Positions 10,928-22,196 of a stretch of 52,223 bases of DNA are shown here, piece after piece. Position 1 is the stretch's first letter, and the number at the start of each line of letters is the position of its first letter. Location: NCBI GenBank assembly GCA_008632985.1, contig QPGO01000334.1:1-52223 (forward strand), given 5' to 3'. Under the pieces are notes generated by a model. It did no database searches, had not been told where the DNA came from, and saw nothing but the letters and a program-made list of their open reading frames with translations. The DNA comes from Psammoneis japonica (Eukaryota). The position numbers and the translations under genes are program-made.

Positions 10928-13900
10928 GCGGCCACCGCTGCGTAGAAATGGCATTTTGTACTGTGACGTCATTTTCATGTAGATTCTACGGCAGTACTGA
11001 AAAGCCGCTCCTTCCTTCTTTTTTTGGGGCCGAAATTCAGATCTCCCTCCAACAATTCTCAGTGCAAAAAAGACGTAAGAGTTACGGAACGAAAATGGTG
11101 AGTCGCCGTTCATCGGTGCAAACGTTGCTGCTTGTGTTCTTGGGTCAACATTCGCAATGTTTTGATTGTATCTCATCATTTACTTACATGTCTATCGTTC
11201 TATGTAAAAACATTGCGAATCTTGGCACTTGCAGAGCGGAAAAGACACTTTGTCTGTGCACGATGTTGAGGAACGCTTGCATGCACTCGCGTGTTGTGTA
11301 CAAGACCCAGACCATCATCATGCCTTTATTCCAGGACAGAGATGGTGGCGAGCATCGAATATCAAAGACCCAGACGAAGGAGAGAAGCCATTTTGGGAGC
11401 AGTTGGGCGTTTCAGGAGATGATTTTGAACGGCTCTACGGGCGCAAGTGGATTTCGAAAATCGACAAGCATGAGCATCCGTTCAACTTGTGTCGTCGTCG
11501 AAAGAAGGGACCGGTCCATTACGTAACAGTATCATTGCTACATGAGTTTTCAGATTATGGTGATACAATTACAACACCAGGAGATGAAAATGGCGTCTCC
11601 GATAATCTCGCATACAGGCGGTTGCTGACTGATGTCATCAGAAGAGGTGACCGCGCCAAGGAAGCTCGGGAAGCAGAAAGTGCATCCAAACAAGCCACAA
11701 AGCAAGATGAGGTCGACAACAGCAAACCATCAGCGTCCTTAACCCATCCCATGTCCACCCCGACAGCCCGTCCCAAGGATGATGCACCGACGGAAAAAAC
11801 TGGCGATCGAATTGCTGCCGCGCCCGATGCCGCTCCTACTTTAGTCACGCCCACGTCTTCGGAAGGAACAAGTTCACGACCCATCACTGCTGCCACGGTT
11901 GCAACACCTGACACCACAGCAGTTGCTACAGCAGGTCACAAGGACCCACATGGCTTGGAAGGAGTCCTCACAGCTGACCACAAGGATCCTCAAGACTTGG
12001 AAGGAGTGCTCAGAACGATAAAAGGATTTCGTAAGCTAACTGATGCTAATGATGTTAACAGTTTAGCTCCTACTAAAGCTCTTATCCACATTGGACATGA
12101 GGTTATGAAAATTTTAGAGGAACGTTCCGACGAGAAGGGTATCGTGAAACTCAACCCAAGCACGGGAGGGCGTGGAAGCAAGTGGATGCGAATCCAAGAA
12201 GTCGCGAAGGGCACGTCAAAACGGACAGTACGTCGCCACGCTGCCAAGATAAAGACGTATGTGCAAACAAAAGGGTTGGATAAAGGCTGTACCATCACTG
12301 ATAAAGTGATTGGAAAAGTGCATTCAGAGTGTGCTTGCAAGCCACTCTTTCAGTATAGAAGACACAACAAGATTCTACTCGTACCCGACCCTGAGAAACA
12401 GGGTGAGCTGCGTCAAATGGGAGGGATGACAGAACGCAGGATCATTGCAATGAATGATTTATTTAGTTAATTGACTGGCTTTACATTCTATGAAAGAAAA
12501 AATACTCTCGGGAGGCTTGTTGACGACACAATGCCCGATTTTACTGTCGGGAAACTGAAAGTGAACAACAGCGACGGAAAGGAAACCGAACGGCAGGTAT
12601 TCCAAGTTGAGAGCATCAGTGACATGCTGTGCTCACGAGTAGAGTCTTTGGTTAGGAAAGGCATGCTAATCAAGTCATCTAAACTCACAAGACTCAGCGA
12701 CGACACGCTCATTGTGAGGCTTGGCGGAGACAAGGGCGGCACCTTCATGCAGTTCAAGTTTGGTGCCACGATCATGAACTGTATGGATCCAAACAGTCCT
12801 GACTCATTTGATCTTATTGCGAGCCTTGATGCACCGGACACGTACGAAAACTTAAATAAATTGTTCGTCAAGTGTACGAAAGAGCTGGAGTTTCTTTGTG
12901 ATCTTGAAAGGATTCCCAACATGTGCCTTTTAAGAACAGATGCATCCTGTCCGGGGTCGTTTGTGTGCAATGTTGCTGGGGAAACGAGCGTCGAGGACTG
13001 CTGGGCGAACAAGGAAGTGGTTGAATGTGCTCCTCCAGACCAGCCCAGTCCTGCTGCCCCTGTCACAGCAACCGAGAGCACCAAAGTGCAGGTCCTTTGT
13101 GTTGATGACCACGCTTGGGGGCTACGCTTTGTCAATGCAGAAACAAGCGAAACGGTGGAAATGGCCATTCGCAAAAGAATGAAGCGCACCGAGATTGATG
13201 AAACCACTCTAGAAACTCACACGCTGCATGCGGTTCTTTGCGGCGACATCCAATTCCTCAACAACGCCCTGGGTTTACAAGGATGCAGTGCATCCTTTCC
13301 TTGCTTTGTTTGCAATGTCAGCTTGAAAGCACTGCAGTCGAGATCCAAGAGCATGGCCGAGGGCACATCGCTGCGAACGGCAGCTGAAGCCAAGCAACAG
13401 CTCGAGAACGTCCAAAAGCACAAAACAAAGAAGAAACAAAAACAAGCTGCCAAGGTGAACGGATCAGTTGTCAACCCACCTCTGATTCCAATTGACTTCA
13501 GTCGCGTGCTTCTCTCAACCTTGCACATTGTTCTCGGCATCACCAAGAAACTGTGGGACAACCCAGTCGACAGCGTTCAGAAGATCGACCACGGAAGTTC
13601 GATTCAACACCAGAAAACACTTGAGGTTCGAGATGTGCCATTGGGCCATGTTGCCGAGTTGAAACAGCAAGAGCAAGTCGAAAGCAAGAATCTTGAGAAT
13701 GCCGAGGAGAAAAGAGCCAAAGCTTGGGAATTGCTCCGAGCCGCTCGGAGTCAAGTTCCACCCAGCTTGGAAGCAGAAGCCTCTCTGTTGCAAGCACACA
13801 GAGAAGCATGTGAATCTGTCAGAGTGCACTCACAAATCAAAAGCAAGCGTGACAAGACAGTCCGCCCTGCTCTTGAAGGTGTTCTTGCCGACATGAACAC

Positions 13901-14916
13901 TTGCCTGAAACAACGACGTGGAAAATGTGAGAGCGTGCTAGAATCCGTCATTTGCGAATCACCCATCAATGCCAAGCACAACCCGTTCTATGGCGGATCA
14001 TTTGATGGAAACAATTGCTTCAGATTAATGCACAACCATGGTTCATTGTTCAGTGCCCTGCGAGATGCATCCGAAGATGAGGCGGAAGACGTGAGAGCGA
14101 CTCTGGAAAAGACGGCGAGCACACACGAGGAGATTTTTGGCGCACACGCAAAGCTCTTGCCAAGGTTTAGATCCACTGACGTGTCAAATGAATGTGACAT
14201 TGAGGAGTTCAAGGAGGATCGCGAGATTTTCTGGGAGCTGTACAACGGGTCCGTGACCATTGAGCTTCATCAACTGATCGAGCACGCGGTGGAAATGTTG
14301 GAAAAGTGTGGAACGACAGGTTTCTTCACTGAAGATGCATTGGAATCTATCCATGCAACAGTCAATGCCTTGGCTCAACGATATGCAGCCCTGGATAACA
14401 AGCGCCGTTGTACACAAGTCACTCGGGTTCTTGCGGCGAGGAAGAAGATGAAGATGAACGATGACTTGGTCAAAAAGGAAAAGCACGGCGAGTCGGGCAA
14501 AAAGAGGAAGAGAGTCCAAGGGAAAGCAAGCAGCACAAGTAAGAAAGTGACAGAAGAAAATATTGACACTCAACTTGTTCGTGCACTTACCGATTTCTTG
14601 GATAACGGGGTCGAGAGGACGCAGGAGGAAGACGAAAACCCGGTTGTCAAGTGCAAAGAGTTCGAGGTGGTGCCTTGCATGAAATGCTTCGACACCTTGG
14701 ACTCTGATGTGCATGTGCCATCAATATTGATGCCACTGCACAATGTCTTAGCTCATGTGGAGGTACAGGATAGAGCAGAGACGCAGAACAAGAGGCAGAG
14801 ACGGTAACATCTTCGTCATCGGGGAGATGCTGTTTGTCGTTCTGCGTTGAGCGTGTTATTTGGCGGTAATAATAATAGGTCATGAGTTATTTTGCAAAAA
14901 TCACAGCGGTGGCCGC
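10928..14916 (+). mobile_element. RAG1/Transib/Chapaev-like cut-and-paste DNA transposon, ~4 kb
   Basis: A perfect 13-bp inverted repeat, GCGGCCACCGCTG (10928-10940) and CAGCGGTGGCCGC (14904-14916), brackets a RAG1-core-like transposase. Confidence 0.75.
11095..14807 (+). pseudogene. RAG1-core-like DDE transposase (~1190 codons) with one in-frame TAA at 12468-12470
   Basis: Motifs GGDKGG, CGDIQFL..ALGLQG.SASFPCFVC, TLHIVLG, FDGNNC and LHQLIEH...GTTGFFTEDALESIH parallel the RAG1/Transib core. ORFs 11229-12470 and 12471-14807 share one frame. The likely start is ATG 11095 with a GTGAGT..TTGCAG intron at 11098-11234 (inferred). Confidence 0.8.
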
Positions 14917-15003
14917 GCGAACGTGGCCCAAAAGCGTCGTGGCATCGCATCACACATCACACATCCCTGCCAACAACTCCAACAACAAAACAATACATAC
15001 ATT

Positions 15004-15681
15004 ATGTCTTTGATTTTGAATTACCACGATGCCGTCTTGTACGACTCGGATTTGGCCTTGTTGGAATCTCGAACCGCTTGGCTCAATGACGCTTGCATTC
15101 ACTTTGAAATGACGCGATTGCAACAACAATCGGTTGTTTTATTCTTGGATCCCAGCGTCATTTCCTTTCTGATGCATCAGTGTGAGGACCAAGATGATAT
15201 GCAAGACTTTTGTAATGGCTACAATAATTTTAAAGGAATTCAGAAACTCATGGTACCCATTAATGACGGGCATGCGGCAGCTGGTCTCCAAGAAAATTGT
15301 GGAACTCATTGGAGTTTGCTAGTGATACAACTCCATGACTCCTCGAAGAAGAGTAGTAATTGTTTTCATTTTGATTCCATTCGAGGAAATAATTCGAATG
15401 CAGCTCGAGTCGTGGCAGCCAAGCTGCTTTTGGTGATTCTTGGAACTACAAAAGATGTAAACGTGGTAGAATACAAAACACCGCAACAAGTAAATGGTTA
15501 CGATTGTGGAATTCACATGCTGGCGGCGGCAGAGCTTCTGTCGTCTGTTGAGGATTCTAGTTTGTATGAAAGTACACTAGAGGATGCAATTAGTACAGGA
15601 GATTTTGCCACCCGGTACCGACAAAAAATGGCCTGGGATGTAAAACAGCTGGCTGCGGAATACAGGAAAACTAAAACATAG
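15004..15681 (+). CDS. SENP8: NEDD8-specific protease (SENP8/DEN1, Ulp1/C48 family)
   Basis: LNYHDAVLY.SDL.LL...WLND, catalytic HWSLL, FDS and QQ.NGYDCG. The start is MSLILNY at 15004. Confidence 0.85.
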   Translation: MSLILNYHDAVLYDSDLALLESRTAWLNDACIHFEMTRLQQQSVVLFLDPSVISFLMHQCEDQDDMQDFCNGYNNFKGIQKLMVPINDGHAAAGLQENCGTHWSLLVIQLHDSSKKSSNCFHFDSIRGNNSNAARVVAAKLLLVILGTTKDVNVVEYKTPQQVNGYDCGIHMLAAAELLSSVEDSSLYESTLEDAISTGDFATRYRQKMAWDVKQLAAEYRKTKT

Positions 15682-16118
15682 GGCCCTAGAGATTAGATTT
15701 CAATATAGTACTTACCTTTTACTTCTATTGTGTAAGTGTCTGTACTCTACAGTGTTACCTTTCTAGTCTCTCTATAGATCAGCCTTTTGTTATTTGTGCT
15801 GTCCTCAGATAGATGGTGTATGGACTATTCTAGGAGAACTTCTGACGATACAGTACCACAAGCTACTCACAAAATCAAGTACAGAAGTATTTCTGCAGAA
15901 GTCCATAAAAATCAACCTTACGGCGCTCTCTCAAAACAAATTACATAACCACAGTAAACAAAGCTATCGTTAAAGTCACAATCCATATCAAAACAATCTG
16001 ATTTTTCAATTACAATCTACAGTGCGTCGTCCAACAGCAACCCGTAGTTCTGCTCGCTCACTCGTTCTTCCATAAGCTCCATAAGTCTCTTTCCAAACAC
16101 GTCTCAACAACAACTCAC

Positions 16119-16724
16119 TTAGCAGCATCCACTGTTTGACTTGACTTGCTCCGTATTAAGCGTAAGTCCCGACTTGCCCGCTCCAGCTCCCGTCGGCGCG
16201 TTCTTCATCCTGGCCTTGATCTGGGTCGCCATGGTGAGAAAGGCTTCCTCCACATTGGTCGAGGTCTTTGCCGACGTCTCGAGAAAGTCAATTCCAAGAC
16301 TGTCCGCAAATTCCTTTCCCTGCTCGGTCGTCACGACACGCTTGGACGTCAGGTCGCTCTTGTTGCCCACAAGGAGCTTGTTCACGTCGGCACTGGCGTA
16401 CCGGTCAATCTCGTGCAGCCACTGCTTGACATTGTTGAAGGACTCCGTGTCGGTCACGTCGTACACGACAATGATCCCGTGCGCACCGCGGTAGTACGAG
16501 GATGTGATGGTACGGAATCGCTCTTGACCGGCCGTGTCCCAAATTTGGAGCTTGGCCGTCTTTCCATCAATCTCCACGGTTCGAATCTTGAAATCGACTC
16601 CAATGGTGGAAATGTACGACTCGGTGTACGTGTCGTCCGCAAAACGTAAAAGCAAACATGATTTGCCCACGCCGGAGTCTCCAATCAAGAGGAGCTTGAA
16701 CAGATAGTCGTATTCAGGGTTCAT
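16119..16724 (-). CDS. RAB1: Rab1/Ypt1 small GTPase, 201 aa
   Basis: [51 protein letters not shown] and a C-terminal CC prenylation motif. Confidence 0.97.
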   Translation of the reverse strand: MNPEYDYLFKLLLIGDSGVGKSCLLLRFADDTYTESYISTIGVDFKIRTVEIDGKTAKLQIWDTAGQERFRTITSSYYRGAHGIIVVYDVTDTESFNNVKQWLHEIDRYASADVNKLLVGNKSDLTSKRVVTTEQGKEFADSLGIDFLETSAKTSTNVEEAFLTMATQIKARMKNAPTGAGAGKSGLTLNTEQVKSNSGCC

Positions 16725-17398
16725 TGTAATGTAGAGTTGTGGTGCTGTTGTGGTTGTTGCAAGGTCACGAGGGTCACTTGCTCTGCTGTTGTTATCGCTG
16801 CAACAACAAACGGATCGATAATTCGCTCTCTCTCTGTACTGGTGCCGCCGTACAAACGCGTGTAGGAATTTTTTGCTGGCGTTGTGTGCGAGAAATTTTG
16901 TTGCGGTGGCAATGATGATGAGCGCGTGCCGCGTCAACGGAATGAACATGCGAAGCCGTTCGATTTCGACTCGTTCGATTAAACTAAGTCGTGAAAATGT
17001 GCGAAAAATTTAGCTTGAGCGCACCGCACCAAAGATTTTGGGACAAAGGCTTCACGATTTGACATTCACCGCGGTTCTCCGAGTGTCACTTCACGACTGA
17101 AAGTATTTCCGGAAAGACAAAGAAGATAGTGATCCTTCTGTTCCAAGATTGTGCAAGACTGAATCTTATCCGTATAAGTCGTGCTGTTAGAGCAACTAAT
17201 CTCTACCGTCGCTCTAGTCGAAAGGCTAAACTTGAGCCTGTCTAGATTCAATGCTACGCTACTCAAAGCTATTCTCTTTCTTCATACAAACTAATAAACT
17301 TATACTTACAATGCTAGGAAATCTAATCTAGACAGATAGACCTCATCATGTACCTAGTTAAGAGACCCTTACCCCAAATGCACTTGTGTGTAAATATT

Positions 17399-18436
17399 TC
17401 AATGAACGTTTTGCATGCGAGATTTGATAAGCTTGAGCCTCGGCCCACGCTTGTTGCTTTCTTCTTGAACGGAGCAAGCTTCTTCATGAGAGCGCTTGGT
17501 ACCAGCAATACCATGCTCTTGTTGAACCACCATGTTGTTGTGCTGCGGTTGCTGATTCTTGGTGTTTTCTTGTGCGGACGGAAAAAAGTGGCCAAAGCCG
17601 GCACCCACCGAATCGTCCGAGACGATACGGGAACGATTGTGAAACAACTCGTTCTCCTCGGCACTATTGGTGGGAGTCACCAGAAGGGTGGTCATCTCTT
17701 GCGTCGGTGGTGGACCGCCATATAGCTGTACTCGTTGTTGTTGCTGTTGCCACTGTCGTTCCATCAATAGCATACTAGCCGCGTTGTTGTTGTTGTTGCT
17801 TCGTTCTTGTTGTTGTTGCTTCTGTTGCTGTTGTTGAGATCGCAATTCGGGAGCACCTTCTCGGAGCGCTTGAGACGTTTTCTCTCGTGCCTTGCGATCG
17901 GTAATTTGCACCCACACACCATTGGATGTCTTCTTGAGGAAACGACCGGGTGGTGAGAGTTGACGAATCAAGTCAACAATCTCACGAGCAACTCCCGCTT
18001 TGGCACGCTTGCTAGCACGGAGATAGGCTTCTTGCTTCATGCGGACCAATTGACGAAAAAAGACATTGCCACTGTGATGATTGGTCAAACCCCCACGACC
18101 ACACAAAACATCGTTATGAGAAATCCTAAAGTCCGCTTCTGTGACTTGCAGCGAAGGCTCTTGTTGAGCCGCACAGAGCTGAGCGAGCGCCTGAAGTGCC
18201 GACGCTTCTTCTTCTCTTTCTTCGGGTGCGTCTTGAAACTGATCTTGAGGGTCAACCACCATAGTATTCGTAGTAGTAGTAGTGCGTTGTTCTTGAGAAA
18301 CTGTAGGAAGGGACTCTTCCGAGACAACTCGAAGCGTTGAAAACTCTTGACTAAGTCTCGGAGAAGACGTTGGCGATTCGCTTAAATGAGATGTAGAGTC
18401 ATTTTGGGTTTTGTTTGCAAAAAGAAATTGGTTCAT
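17399..18436 (-). CDS. DUF6824-domain protein (diatom-expanded family) with poly-Q tracts
   Basis: DVLCGRGG..NHH.GN..FR, PPGRFLK and W......AREKTSQALRE. Confidence 0.85.
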   Translation of the reverse strand: MNQFLFANKTQNDSTSHLSESPTSSPRLSQEFSTLRVVSEESLPTVSQEQRTTTTTNTMVVDPQDQFQDAPEEREEEASALQALAQLCAAQQEPSLQVTEADFRISHNDVLCGRGGLTNHHSGNVFFRQLVRMKQEAYLRASKRAKAGVAREIVDLIRQLSPPGRFLKKTSNGVWVQITDRKAREKTSQALREGAPELRSQQQQQKQQQQERSNNNNNAASMLLMERQWQQQQQRVQLYGGPPPTQEMTTLLVTPTNSAEENELFHNRSRIVSDDSVGAGFGHFFPSAQENTKNQQPQHNNMVVQQEHGIAGTKRSHEEACSVQEESNKRGPRLKLIKSRMQNVH

Positions 18437-19109
18437 TCTGATGGAAAGGATAAATGTAAGCCGTATATGAGTTATAAGTTGGACAGTTCTGAGACGTGAG
18501 ATGTCTGCCTTGGCATGTAGTAAAGGAGTGGTGTAGTATTATGAGCTTTGTAATGAGAGTTCATCCGTGTGAATGCTGTTGTGTGAGTGACTATTCGTTG
18601 ATCGATCGTGCTCAACGCGGAAGAAACAAGATTCGGAACCACGTAGCTGTGCTACGTAGGAATTAGTATGTCCGAGCCGCGCGATCGGTACTCAATCGTG
18701 AACGGATGCGATTGGCGGCGAGGAGCGCGAGCAGATGGTCTGGTATGTTCTAACGTAGAATCCTACATAGATACTGACACACACGATCGAATCACGTGTG
18801 TGGCCGTCAGCTGGCTTTCAAACGAACCAATCAGATTGTTTGAAATATTTATGTCAAAAACGAATCATACATTTTCTTCACTTTTGAGTATATTTCAATG
18901 TAGCCGTTGTTGCGGGACTGACGAAAAGGCAAACACGATTCGGGAGCAAACGCGCAACGGACACGCGAAATTTGAAATTTGAGTCATGCCACCCAAGAAA
19001 CAAAAAGTGCAAAATGCACAAGTGGCTGATCCACTCTCCATCGTGGGTCCATTTTTCCAACGTGCATGATCTCCTGCCTTGAACTTCTTCCTAGACAACA
19101 ACCAACACC

Positions 19110-20135
19110 ACCAAGAAAGCATTTGACCTCAAGTGCGGGCGGCCAAAGCACAGTCCTTGACAACGTCATGGCTGGAAGCACTTCTCAGATGCACCAAGGT
19201 CGCTCTGGGGTGGTGGGCACAAAATTCACCCTGCCCTCTGCAGGGCCTTGCCATTGTTGCCAAAAGCAAAGACTCAAAGGACCAACCCTGGATCTGGCCC
19301 AAGGGGGGGGGGTCTGAGCTTGCGCAGAGAAGAGGCTCGGCAATGAGGCACCACCACAGCATTGAGCATCATGACGGGAGCCTGTTGTTGAACAAATTGC
19401 CAAATCAAGAGGATGTTCCAGCTGATCCCCTCAATTCTCAGGCCAATGTCACCAGCAAAAGGCAACTCCTGCAGCTCTGCTTTGTTGACAAGTGAGCGCG
19501 TCATGCCCCATGAAGAAAAAACCAAGCTGAAATGAACTTTGACAGAGCTCTTGATTGGTCCAGTCATGCTGATCTGAGCATTTTTGTCTCAACAAAGCTG
19601 AAAAAGTGAGAAGAGGCTGGAGGAGCCTTTGAGCATGAGCACTTCAGGGGATGACCCTTGCTGCATTCACAGGTCGCAACGAAGGTTTGGGTTGTGCCAC
19701 AAATCCAAGGTCCAGGAACAAATTCCAAGGGATCAGTTGGCCATGCTCTCAGGCCATCATCTCTGTCTAAACTTGGGTGCAAAGAGGATCCACTTTTTTG
19801 ACTTGCGCACAATCTTTTGTTCCCAGATGACAACCATCACCAAATGAAAAGTGTTTGACCTCAAATTGCTGCTGCAAAGTGCAGCAGTTGAGAGTCTCAT
19901 GGCTTGATGTGTTCAGCAGATGCACCAAGGTTGCACCAGAGAGGTGGGCACAAAATTCACCCCACCCTCTCTGCAGGGTCTTGCCATTGTTGCCAAGAGT
20001 TAAGACTCGAAGGACCAACCCTGGATCTGTCCCAGAGGGGGGGGGGGGGCAATCCAAGCTTGCAGAGGCTTGGCAATGAGACACCACCATGGCATTGTGC
20101 ATCATGACAGGAGCCTGTTGTTGAACAAATTGCTG
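19110..20135 (+). repeat. Diverged direct repeat pair (~290 bp; ~19110-19400 and ~19840-20135)
   Basis: Both copies share cagatgcaccaagg, gtgggcacaaaattcacc, aaggaccaaccctggatctg, a poly-G run and gagcctgttgttgaacaaattgc. Confidence 0.85.
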
Positions 20136-20151
20136 TGTCAAGAGGCTGTTT

Positions 20152-20652
20152 TTCCTTGCTCACATCGCTGGCAACTCTCGCGGCCACTTGGTTGAAGTGT
20201 GAGTGCACACACCCCCAGTGAAAACTCTTGCCAGCAGTGGCCACCTGTGCAAACATGCAGAAACAAATGACTGGAACAACCCTCCAGCAGGGAACTGACT
20301 TTTGAGTTTACATTTTGCAAGTGTGCCACAAAAAGGGGTCCAAAAGCAGAGCAATGTCTGTGCAGTGCTGCCTCATTTGACGAGCAGGCTGCTTCATTCC
20401 CGCTCACTCCTTTTCAGCCCAAGAAGCAAGGGCAGATTGCATTGACAACCTTTTTTTTGTTGGCACTGCCTTGCTCACATCACCAGCAACTCCCACGGCC
20501 ACTTGGTTGAAGTGTGAGTGCACCCCCCAGTGAGAACTCTTGCCAGCAGTGGCCACCTGCATGAACATGCAGAAACAAACCACTGGAACAACCCTCCAGG
20601 GAACTGACTCTTGAGTTTGCAATGTGCAAGTGTGCTGCAAAAAGGGGTCCAG
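20152..20652 (+). repeat. Diverged direct repeat pair (~185 bp; ~20152-20342 and ~20468-20652)
   Basis: Both copies share ccttgctcacatc, ggccacttggttgaagtgtgagtgcac and actcttgccagcagtggccacctg. Confidence 0.85.
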
Positions 20653-21545
20653 AACTCAGTTTGGTTTTGCCCATTTGGGAATTTCCCAAAATGGCAATGG
20701 CAAGGGGGGGTTGCCGTGCCCTTTGGGGGAACACCCAGGAAACGAGGGGGTGGCTCAGCAGGAAGGGACAACTGAAAGGGCTCGGAGAGGGGAACAAAAA
20801 ACAAGTGCCTTGTGGCAGTTCCCATTTGAGTTGATTTAGGCGGGTGTGCTTTTTTCACAGTCCAGCCATGCCGGAGGCCACACCCTGCCGGGCGACGACC
20901 ATGACGGATGCATCGACAAATCAACACAAAGCGGCCCCTTGTGGCCAAGCAAGGGAAGAACAAACTTTGCCATTAAATCATGCACAGAAGTTGAAGGGAA
21001 AATGGGTGGAAGAGCACAATGACCCCTCGCTGCTGTTTGAACAGCAGATGAGCATGTCTGTGCAGATGCCTGCTGTTGTTCTTCTTGTGAGCCGAGTGGC
21101 TCAAAAGCAAACTGCATCATGATGTGTCACACGCAGAGCTGAGAGCACACAAAATCATGTGCAACAAACCAAAATCTTGCTCAAATCCTGTCACTTGCCA
21201 TCAGCACAAAGAAGCACACAAAACAGTCTTCCAAGCACAAAATCTGCTCCTGTCTTGATCGACACCATGTCAGAGGCCCATCAACCACAAAAACATGAAC
21301 ACAATGACCAGAGCATTGACTCCAGTCATTCCAGTGCTTGTGTTGTGTCATTGTCAATGTGCGAGATTGGATTTGGCATCACAAAATCTTGTTCAAACAT
21401 GGTGCGGCAAATGCAATCTGGCCGCCATGTTCCCTCTGACTCTTGAAAGAGGAAAACTCAGGTGTGGCTGAGCCTCGTTGGGTGGCAGCTGCAGGTGGCT
21501 GTGCAAATTTTAAGGTTGAATTGAACTGAATTGCGCTTTTTTTAA

Positions 21546-21952
21546 GGGTGGTCGGTTGCCACTTTTTTCAGCTCGAATTCGGCCAAACATCTCGTGTTTT
21601 GCATCATTTTTCCTGAATTTCACAGTGCCTCACCGTGGTGAAAAAACGGCAAGCCACAAGTCTGTGATGGAGGTGGTCTGTGCACCAACTCTCATTTATT
21701 TTATGTTCTTTGTGCATCAAAGATCTTGTGCACATGAAAAGTTTGTGCACAACATGCTGCATTTTTGAGAAATGTTGATAATTGTCATCATTGTCGTGCT
21801 TCGATCACAGTGCTTGGTGTTCTCGTTTTTGTGCACGATCGGCGATCGGGTGTGAATGCCAAGAATAATTTTTGCATTCAAAAATGAACTCTTTTGAACA
21901 TTCTTGTTCAAATGCCACTGCAATTTTTGGGTGAACGTGGGGCTGACCCCCC
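21546..21952. mobile_element. Possible non-autonomous TTAA-targeting (Kolobok-like) MITE, ~407 bp
   Basis: Left end is TTAA|GGGTGGTCGGTTGCCACTTT. The reverse complement of the right end is TTGA|GGGGGGTCAGCCCCACGTT (imperfect TIR). The right flank TCAA equals TTAA after TA->CA. Confidence 0.4.
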
Positions 21953-22196
21953 TCAAATGGCTTGATTTGCGAAAAAGTGTCTTGGAACATGCATGGGAGG
22001 GAGTTGGAGGTTGGAGCTTGTGCAAGAAATTATGTGGAAATGTGCAAGGTGCTTGCTGCATGGATTTCTGCGCAACACAAAACAATTTCCATCCACGCAG
22101 ACCTCTGATCTCCCGGGAGTGCCACGATGCATGCGATGGCATGCATCACACATGCGCTGCACTGTGCGGCTGCTGAACATCATTTCAGCAATCAAG

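Noticed and set aside
10928..14916. RAG2-like partner gene (ProtoRAG-type two-gene element)
   Set aside because: The transposase fills the space between the termini, and no kelch or PHD-like ORF is seen on either strand.
14860..15003. N-terminal extension of SENP8
   Set aside because: It begins at a non-ATG codon and runs across the transposon's right terminal repeat. The family-typical start is ATG 15004.
16725..16949. 75-aa N-terminal extension of Rab1
   Set aside because: The canonical Rab1 start MNPEYDY is at 16724. The upstream sequence looks like 5' UTR or promoter.
19110..20652. CRISPR array or LTR pair
   Set aside because: The repeats are long, diverged and only two-copy, with no spacer periodicity. 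The context is eukaryotic and no retroelement coding sequence lies between them.
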